Positions 26,931-34,953 of a DNA stretch of 34,953 nucleotides are shown here, piece by piece. The notes below the pieces were generated by a model. The model made no database searches and was not told the origin of the DNA. It was given only the letters and a program-made list of their open reading frames with translations. The stretch is from Proteromonas lacertae. Lineage: Eukaryota. How positions within the stretch are numbered: position 1 is the first letter of the stretch; each line of letters starts with the position of its first letter. The translations under genes were made by a program, and so were the position numbers. The stretch is from NCBI GenBank assembly GCA_002245135.1, contig NGBS01000026.1, positions 62,001-96,953 on the forward strand. Direction: 5' to 3'.

Positions 26931-29900
26931 TTCTTATCTCTTCTAGATTGTTATACAAATATTGATCTATATCATAAATATCTTCATATTTCATTTCATT
27001 TCCATTAAAAACATTCCAAAAACATTTGGGAAACATAAATGGTAAACAAGCATTTGATAATATTGAATAACCCATTATTCTACCTACAAATTCATACATT
27101 TTCATATGTTCTATTTCTTTACAATTTGGATTTGGAATAAAACAATCAGTATCAATACCATATTTATGTTTATTATTACTTGTTGGAATAAACAAATCAA
27201 AATGTTCACTGAATAAATCTTCAATCATTTCTTCTAAACATTCTCTAAATGGTCCACCTGCATCTTCTGCTGATTCATTTGCAAAACAAACTGTAAATAC
27301 TTGATAGCCAGATGATGCAAACCATAATTTCTCTCCATATCCATATAATTGGTTGTATAATTGCTTAAAAACACAATTTGATGTTAATGAGTTTGTTATT
27401 CCTTGTTCTTTTTCATCATTTGCTTTAAATCTGTCAATTTCTACAGATTTTCGACTATTTCCTCTTCTTGAATTTCTGAATTCATTGTATAACTGATTTA
27501 TGCATGCCTGTTTATATTCTTTTGACATAAATGTCTTACTTTCTTTAATCACATAGGCAAAACTTCCTTTTACATTTAATTGAGATAAATCAACATAATT
27601 CAATACTTCAATTATATTTTTTCCAACTATTTCAATGGTTGAAACAATCAATTTAAATATATCCCATGCTGGAATATTATTTTCACAGTTCTCACTCACA
27701 TATTGATTATATACATCTAATAATTGTTCTGGTGTTTTAAATTCTTCACTGAATCTTTCTTTTATCTTAAGAACATTCTTAATTATTTCTCTATTCTTCA
27801 CACAATTATTCACTTTTTCAATCAAATCTTTATTCTCTTCTCCAACTTTATTCAATACACTAAAATCATCTAATTTGCCATATGGATATACAAACATCTT
27901 TATTCCATATTCATTGTGAGAATAAGATGGTGGAGGATTTACTACTATTGTATTTTTCTTATTATCATAAGGCCTAGAAATATATTGTTTGTCATATTTA
28001 TTTGGAAAAGCATAGCAACAATTTTCACCAAATAATATCTTTATAGTTCCATTTCCAACATCTGTATTTTTACATATAATGATATTAAATCCATTGAAAT
28101 AATTACATTCATATTCATATTTAAATGTTTCTGTTTCTATCATTGGATGAGCTGATTCAAATCTTTTCGTATAACAATCCAATAAAATTACATATTCAAT
28201 TAATTCTATTGGTATTTCTGACTTGTTGATTAATGATTGTAACAGTGAATATACAGAAGAGATTTTCTCAATGGACATATTATTATCAAATAACAACTGA
28301 TAATTTATAGAATTTGAATGCAATTTTGCTACACTATATAATTCTAACAGAAATTTATCAGTGTTACTTTGTATATTATTGTTGGTTATATTACTGAATG
28401 ATTGAATAGCTAAATTATTGATATCTTTTGATTGTCTAACTCCAATAAAAAATCTTTCATCTCTAAACAATGAAATTAATATGTTTATTATTCTATCTTT
28501 ATTCTGAGATATAACAACATGTTTAACCAAAGCATTAAATAATTCTTGTTTTATTTCAACATTTAATGAATCAATTATGCTAGATTCATGTAATATGATG
28601 TCTAATAACCATAATGACCAATCTAAATTTGGATGTATTGTTAAATTCATTTCAGATGTTATTTCTGAATCTCCTAACCCAATAGCAAAGAATCTATATC
28701 CCCATCTAGTATTACTACTTTCATATGTGAATTTGTAGTAAAGAGTGTTTGAATTAACAACAAATGATTGGAAGTTACTATTATCATCAAATGATTTAAT
28801 CACATTTTCACAATTATTATCTAGACTAAAACTCAATCTTCCACTTCCAATATTATTCTTTTCATCAAATATAATCACCATTGATTTAAAATTCGATAGT
28901 GTAACATTTCCTATGTAGTTTGAATGTTTATATAGTGGATGTAATGATTCTATTACTTTATAATCTTTGATTTCAGGCAAATTTGAACTTTGATTCAAAT
29001 GCCATAACATTTCTGATATTGATAATGAAACAATTGATGATAAAGAATGATTTATACATTCACATGGAGATATATCATTTTCTAATTCTAATTTATCATT
29101 TACAACATCATTCTTCAATCTATTTATATACATCTTTGTCATTATTTCGAATGAATTATTGTTATTCTCATTCTCTATAATTCTTATTAATAATTTTGAA
29201 TCTAAAGAATATCCACTACTTAATCTTTTATAGCATTGTAAAAATGAATATGGATCATTGATTGAATAAATAATTGGATTGATTTTCATTAGTTTTATTA
29301 AAATATCTCTATTCGTAGTTTTACATAATGTATTTGTTATTGCATTTATATTATTCAAAGAATTATTTACATTACTTATTTTATAACCATATTTCTCATC
29401 TATCAAATACACATTATCTTTCAACATATGATCATTTACACAAATAATTGTTGATTGGTTGTTTTTAAAAGTAATAAAACAAGTTGTATGATTTTGTTGA
29501 TATAAAAATACAGCAAATTCTTTGTTTGAATCTATTTCATATGGATTGCTATTCAAAAATACAATTTGACAAGCATTCAATACAGTTTTATTGTCATATT
29601 TTGATAAATGACAATATTTAGATACTTTTTTATCTTCATCATATGATATATTTGTTTTATTTAATTCACTATAATCAATTTGTTGTTTTGACAGAATATC
29701 TTTTGGTAATTCACCAATAAATAATTCTTTTGAATAATCTTTATATCTCTCACTATTTTCCATTATCCAATGAGAAGCATCATCAGGACTTTTATATAAT
29801 TCAATCGCTTTTTTAGCTAGTTCAATTGTACAACCAACAGTTGCAGATATTCTTTCTTCAACACTAATATCCTTATTCTTGCCATCTCTTTCTGTTTTCA

Positions 29901-32900
29901 TTTCATTCATTATTCCACTACTGTATATATCTTTAGCAAATGCTTCATTCCACTGGCACATTTCTAAACAACTTATAGCTTCATTTTTTGAAGCACCAGT
30001 CTTAATCATACTATCTATTAGTTTCATTTTATCTTCTGAATATTCTTGAGGAGTAACTTTTTCTTTAACAATATATGATTTAATAAATAAATGATTCATT
30101 GAATAAAACATATTAGAATTAAATGATAATAAATGAGATAATACAGATGATGATAATGATAATGGTAAACTTGATACTGACACTGAGATATTCTGTATTG
30201 ATTTTATTATATTCTGTATTAAAACAGTTGGAATTAATTCATAATGATTGAATATTTCATATTTCAGATAATTGAATAACAATAATGAAATTGTTTCTAT
30301 TTGAACAGGAAGAGATTTATTCAGATTAATATCATTTATATCATAAACTACTTTTATCAAATCACATAATGAAGAAGAATATGGCGTTTCATTTAATGGA
30401 ATTGATGGAACATTCATCGATATAATTGAATCATAGTCAATTTCATATATCATTTTTGATGATTCTATTTCAACTTTCAATTTTGAATAACAATCTTTCA
30501 CTTCTACTACTCTACATTTTGATATAATTCCTTTTATATTTACTTCAATGATTGAATCTTTCGAGATTACTGGCTGAATTCCACCATGAATTGCTAATAC
30601 ACCTGTAGTTATATAAGTATCATAGTCTATTTTATAAGAATCAAGATCTTTCAATGAATCACTCATTCTTTTCATATTATTATTTGTTAAATTGAATACT
30701 AATGCCAAAATTGATTTGTTGTTCATTATTTCTCTTAGAAATTGAAGTAGATATATCTTTTTCCACATCAAAGTATTTTCATTATAGTTACTAAATGAAT
30801 TCACACAATTATCATGAGAGGGAAATATCATTCCTGATTTTGTATAAGGTAATTGACATTCCTTACAAATGGATGTTTCAGTATCATTTTCACAATCACA
30901 TAATAAACATTTCCATATAGATGAAGGTTTGATATTATCTGTATAATCATTTGTTTTCAATGTCATATTATCATCATATAATATGATCTTTCCTAATTCT
31001 AATAATAATTTCATTATAAAATCGATAATCATGCTTGTAATTGTAGAATTATTTGTAGATATTTCAAATAGATTTGCATTTATACATTTCAATATTAATA
31101 TCTGATTAGGAATTGTTGTATTTTGATATAAATCAATCAACAATAACAAATTATTTTGATTTTTAATCCATTCTTTAAAGATTTCTGAATCACTAATTCT
31201 ATATATTTGAAATAATATAAGAGATAATTTTCTATCCACAATTGATTCATCTTCATTAAACAAATTCAAATCAACATTTATTCCATTTTCTTTATTTAGT
31301 GATTGAATAATAGAAATTAACATATTTCTTTCTTTTTCATATGACGATTGAATATAATTTCTGTAAAATTGATTGATATTATTCAATTTTGTATGAATAA
31401 AAGAGAATAAAGATAATAGAAGTGGTTTTGTTGATTGTAATGATGTTTCTGGTGATTCAAATACCATTGGCTGATATGATGGAATATCTTCTTTTGAATT
31501 TCTTTTAAATAAAGTTTGAAATACATTTTCATATCTCTTTTCATATGATTGTTTCTTTACTCCACCTTCTTTTATAATAGATGAAGTAATAAACAAAACA
31601 ATATTATTACATAAATCATCAATTGAACAAGTTGCTAAAATATCATCATGAATACTTCTGTGAAAACTAGTTGTTGTTATACCACTATCAATATTTAATC
31701 TATGTAATTCATTACCATCTTCAATTTCCATTTCATAATTCTCTACTTTTTGATTGTTGTTTTCTTTCAATGCATGATAAACTAATAGCTTAATATTTTC
31801 TTCACTCATATATTTAACATATAAATGTAAATCTAAACCAAGTTCAATTCCATGTCTTTTCCAAAATGAATCACTTAAATTCATTGAGAATAATTCCAAT
31901 AATAATTCTGATTTATTGAAATATCCGTTTGATATTGCATCATAAACAGATTGATGATAATGTTTTAAACATTCTTTATCTATTCATTATAAACAATAAT
32001 GTATATAATACTTTTAATCTCATTTATATCTTTAAGATGATAAATCTTGTTGAATCTAATAATATGATTGATTAAATCCATTATTTGTGATTCTTCTAAT
32101 ATCCAAGAATCACATTCTGTATAATCCAAATATAACTCTTTTACATATAACAAATCATTATAATACTATGTGAAAATAGAATAATGAATGAAATATACTT
32201 GTTTATCAAAGCAAACAATCATTGAATTCTTGAATGAAATTAAAAATCTAAGAAATTCATTTGATAATTCATAATATGATTTGGATTTACATCCATCAAC
32301 ATCTTTTGAATAATGATGATAGCAGTTGATTTCTTCTTCTATTGATAATTCTTTATTTTCATATTTTCCACATAAACTTGATAAAAATCCATTCAATATC
32401 AACGAATTTGAACCATCATTATTCAATAGTAAACTATACATTCTCAAACCAGATATTCTCAATTTAGTTCTTATATCTCTTCTTTCTAATAATCTAATCA
32501 TCATTTCATTACTTATTGAATTACCATTACAAATATAAGATAAAGCAACTTTCATTTTTGATTCTACATCATTCTTTCTATCATCAGAATTATGTAATTC
32601 ACATTGCTGTATTAAAATACATCTTTCTTCTAATCTTTTCAAATAATCATGTCAATGTATTTGGTAATGAAAAATCAATATTTCTTCTTTCATTTTCATT
32701 TTCATTTTGATTCTCTCTTTCATTTGTTTCTTCTTCTTCTATTCTGTTATAAAACTGTTTCATTTCTCTCAATGTTGTATTACTCTACATAACGATATTA
32801 TTACAGGTTTTATATTTTCATAATCAAATTCACTTTCCTCATTTTCATTGAATATTATAAACATCTTAAATATATCTAATGACTTTTCATAAATATATGA

Positions 32901-34953
32901 TAAACTACATAAACATTGGATTATTGGATTAAACATTTCTTCATTATTCATGATCAACTGTGGTGCATTTATTCCATTCAATCTTGTTATGATTTTAACA
33001 ATGAATTTCATTGATTTATCTATTGATTTGGATAATGAAACATAAAGTTGATTTGTTAAAGAATCAGTTTTTGGCTTACTTATTGTTTGAATGAAATTAT
33101 CATCACATATTCTCATATCAATTGATAATTTTGATATATATTGTTATTATCAAATGAATCTAATAGAAACTGTAATATTGGAGGATTGGAAATTGATGGT
33201 AATGATTCAAAGAAGAAAGACTGATCTGTGACTGTTAATCCTTTCATTTCTATTTTCTCTAATGGTTTTTTATGAATCAATTCATTGAATTCATCATAAT
33301 CATATTTTGATATGTAATTTTTATGAATAAAAATATCATATTTGAGTTTCTAATAAAGGTTATTGTAGATTCTGATGGATGATTATTCAATTCTGGAACT
33401 ATTCACTTATAGTAATAAACAATATACAACATATTCCATTGTTCCCTATTTCATGAGGAATTAATCCAATCACATCATAATCATATTAAATGGAGTTTGT
33501 ATTTCATATTCTTTCATTAATCCATTACAAAATAATGGTGAATTAACCACACTAATAGATCTTGTCTTCATATAAAACTGTAAGTGATTTTGTTAATTGA
33601 GAAGCACAATAACCACAAACATATGAAATATAATCATATAAACATTCATTTTGGATATTTCGATTATTATTCATTATTTCATAAATATCATTTCTTAAAC
33701 CAATCAAATCGGATGAAATAGCTGAATAAATGAAAATATTAATTCATCTGATTGAACTTTTGTATAATAAACAGAATTAAGAATAAATTCATTGGTAATG
33801 TTTGTATATAAATGAATATTCTTCATCAAAACACTTGGATGATTTTGCATTATAAAAGTAATGTCTTACTCCTATAAGTAATGAATCAATCATTCTATTA
33901 TCAAAATAAATAATATAATATATACTCAATTACAAAATGAAGTTTTTCATAAATGATTTGTATTGAGAATCATTACTTTTATCAATTGATTAATATCTTT
34001 CATAAACTGAAATACAGTTGATTCTAAAATGAATTGTAGAATTGTTTCACCTAAATAACTTCATGATGAGATTTTGTTGAAGAAGAAAGTAATTTTAAAG
34101 TTCAAATAGGACATTTTGATTTTTGGATTGAAAACATCACTTTCAAGCTTAGACATTTCTTTAGGATTAGTTAATAATGGTTCAAACATTTCAGTAATTT
34201 GATGTGATAAATAATTATCATATTTACTTGCATTTATTAATATTTCAAGTTTTGAACCAGGAGGTGAATCTTTGAGTATGTTTATACAATAATTCTTCAT
34301 AATTTCTGATAATTTTATTTTCTTCAACAAATTTCTTATCTTCTCATTGTTTTCTTTCTCATTAATCCAATCATTGTATTTCTCAATTGTTGAATTGATT
34401 GTTATTAACAAATTTCCATATTCTTCTGAATAATTACAACCACTGTTTGATAAATCATATGAATAGAGATAATTCATTTCTTTATTCAATAAATCAAACA
34501 ATAATACAATCATCTCTATATTATCAATTGTTGTTTTTGGATTTGACATTAGTAGTTGAATATAGTTTAACAATACTGACAGATAATGAGGATGAAGATC
34601 TAAAACATGCCAATTACCCAATTCAAGTTTGTTAATTATTCTGAGATATTCTAATGGATAATTAGAATAGTATATTTTTTCTTCTTCTTCATACAAAACC
34701 ATCTTTGCATCATTAATTGAAAGTTTCATTTCTATAAATACATCAATAAGCTTATATTTATTCTCTTCATTCATTTTGATTTTGTATAAATTCATTAGAA
34801 ATAGAAGTAAATAATCTATAGCTCCAGTTTTCAATATCAAATCTAAGATTGTAGTAACAGTTTCATTATAGCAATCTATCTCATTTGTATTTAAAATATG
34901 TTAAACAGTTTATCAAATATGTTTCTAATTGAAATATCATATCTACTTGTGGA
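26322..34953 (-). CDS. Large HECT-domain E3 ubiquitin ligase (HERC1/HERC2-like catalytic domain); probably 5'-truncated and frameshift-fragmented
   Basis: HECT motifs lie at the C-terminus. I joined ORFs 26322..26930, 26923..31899, 32166..32642 and 32769..33116 by hand through short unlisted frames (e.g. MRLKVLYTLLFIM-IDKECLKHYHQ, ALINKYISFIILFSHSYYNDLL, TLREMKQFYNRIEEEETNERE). I did not fully trace 33490-34060, so inclusion of ORF 34061..34840 is inferred from strand and composition. Confidence 0.72.
26923..31899 (-). CDS. Main segment of the HECT E3 ligase: RanBP2-type zinc finger, 2 UBA-like domains, 2 ESxHP modules, start of HECT N-lobe
   Basis: 1658-aa ORF containing WKCLLCDCENDTETSICKEC, VFTVCFANESAEDAGGPFRECLEEM, LFIPTSN, FIPNP and MYEFVGRIMG. 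Confidence 0.88.
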   Translation of the reverse strand: MELFSMNLSDSFWKRHGIELGLDLHLYVKYMSEENIKLLVYHALKENNNQKVENYEMEIEDGNELHRLNIDSGITTTSFHRSIHDDILATCSIDDLCNNIVLFITSSIIKEGGVKKQSYEKRYENVFQTLFKRNSKEDIPSYQPMVFESPETSLQSTKPLLLSLFSFIHTKLNNINQFYRNYIQSSYEKERNMLISIIQSLNKENGINVDLNLFNEDESIVDRKLSLILFQIYRISDSEIFKEWIKNQNNLLLLIDLYQNTTIPNQILILKCINANLFEISTNNSTITSMIIDFIMKLLLELGKIILYDDNMTLKTNDYTDNIKPSSIWKCLLCDCENDTETSICKECQLPYTKSGMIFPSHDNCVNSFSNYNENTLMWKKIYLLQFLREIMNNKSILALVFNLTNNNMKRMSDSLKDLDSYKIDYDTYITTGVLAIHGGIQPVISKDSIIEVNIKGIISKCRVVEVKDCYSKLKVEIESSKMIYEIDYDSIISMNVPSIPLNETPYSSSLCDLIKVVYDINDINLNKSLPVQIETISLLLFNYLKYEIFNHYELIPTVLIQNIIKSIQNISVSVSSLPLSLSSSVLSHLLSFNSNMFYSMNHLFIKSYIVKEKVTPQEYSEDKMKLIDSMIKTGASKNEAISCLEMCQWNEAFAKDIYSSGIMNEMKTERDGKNKDISVEERISATVGCTIELAKKAIELYKSPDDASHWIMENSERYKDYSKELFIGELPKDILSKQQIDYSELNKTNISYDEDKKVSKYCHLSKYDNKTVLNACQIVFLNSNPYEIDSNKEFAVFLYQQNHTTCFITFKNNQSTIICVNDHMLKDNVYLIDEKYGYKISNVNNSLNNINAITNTLCKTTNRDILIKLMKINPIIYSINDPYSFLQCYKRLSSGYSLDSKLLIRIIENENNNNSFEIMTKMYINRLKNDVVNDKLELENDISPCECINHSLSSIVSLSISEMLWHLNQSSNLPEIKDYKVIESLHPLYKHSNYIGNVTLSNFKSMVIIFDEKNNIGSGRLSFSLDNNCENVIKSFDDNSNFQSFVVNSNTLYYKFTYESSNTRWGYRFFAIGLGDSEITSEMNLTIHPNLDWSLWLLDIILHESSIIDSLNVEIKQELFNALVKHVVISQNKDRIINILISLFRDERFFIGVRQSKDINNLAIQSFSNITNNNIQSNTDKFLLELYSVAKLHSNSINYQLLFDNNMSIEKISSVYSLLQSLINKSEIPIELIEYVILLDCYTKRFESAHPMIETETFKYEYECNYFNGFNIIICKNTDVGNGTIKILFGENCCYAFPNKYDKQYISRPYDNKKNTIVVNPPPSYSHNEYGIKMFVYPYGKLDDFSVLNKVGEENKDLIEKVNNCVKNREIIKNVLKIKERFSEEFKTPEQLLDVYNQYVSENCENNIPAWDIFKLIVSTIEIVGKNIIEVLNYVDLSQLNVKGSFAYVIKESKTFMSKEYKQACINQLYNEFRNSRRGNSRKSVEIDRFKANDEKEQGITNSLTSNCVFKQLYNQLYGYGEKLWFASSGYQVFTVCFANESAEDAGGPFRECLEEMIEDLFSEHFDLFIPTSNNKHKYGIDTDCFIPNPNCKEIEHMKMYEFVGRIMGYSILSNACLPFMFPKCFWNVFNGNEMKYEDIYDIDQYLYNNLEEIRNA
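29755..30027 (-). other. Two tandem UBA-like domains
   Basis: LIDSMIKTGASKNEAISCLEMCQWNEAFAKD and ISATVGCTIELAKKAIELYKSPDDASHWIMEN fit the UBA pattern (I..L..MG.....A..AL.......A..W/L). Confidence 0.6.
30856..30915 (-). other. RanBP2/NZF-type zinc finger motif
   Basis: W-K-C-LL-C-DCE-N-DTETSI-C-KE-C matches W-x-C-x2-C-x3-N-x6-C-x2-C exactly. Confidence 0.85.
34061..34840 (-). CDS. Leu/Ile-rich, probably helical ORF; likely upstream part of the HECT ligase
   Basis: 259-aa ORF on the same strand, annotated with a TTG start and open upstream to about 34900. No diagnostic motif. Confidence 0.55.
   Translation of the reverse strand: MILKTGAIDYLLLFLMNLYKIKMNEENKYKLIDVFIEMKLSINDAKMVLYEEEEKIYYSNYPLEYLRIINKLELGNWHVLDLHPHYLSVLLNYIQLLMSNPKTTIDNIEMIVLLFDLLNKEMNYLYSYDLSNSGCNYSEEYGNLLITINSTIEKYNDWINEKENNEKIRNLLKKIKLSEIMKNYCINILKDSPPGSKLEILINASKYDNYLSHQITEMFEPLLTNPKEMSKLESDVFNPKIKMSYLNFKITFFFNKISS

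Noticed and set aside
32688..32740. TTCATT and TTC short tandem repeats
   Set aside because: They simply encode the low-complexity EEEE/ENENE linker of the HECT protein on the minus strand.
28983..34635. Short + strand ORFs at 28983, 32326, 32516 and 34399
   Set aside because: These are antisense shadows of the HECT gene.
1..34953. Both genes being pseudogenes
   Set aside because: There are multi-kb stop-free stretches in very AT-rich DNA, an intact HECT catalytic Cys, no nonsense substitutions and a directional indel bias. Decay would not look like this.

Overview
This is AT-rich eukaryotic DNA in the standard genetic code, almost entirely coding, with two giant convergent genes that both run off the window edges. 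(1) + strand 1..25787: one gene of >8,500 aa, open from base 1 and ending ...LLKITST-TAA-TAA. It has about 28 fibronectin type III (FN3) domains by my eye-count, many split by a repeated ~100-130 aa insert module (about 30 copies), some of which contain a further nested module. The ORF track shows it as about 10 pieces, but 14 successive +1 frame slips join them into one reading frame. (2) - strand 26322..>34953: a large HECT E3 ubiquitin ligase with a HERC1/2-like catalytic domain, a RanBP2-type zinc finger, two UBA-like domains and two ESxHP modules, broken by similar slips. A short acidic, possibly degenerate ORF lies between them. The slips are best explained as insertion errors in a long-read assembly, not as biology. 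The gene content resembles stramenopile protists, but that is inference. I saw no RNA genes, mobile elements or CRISPR arrays.
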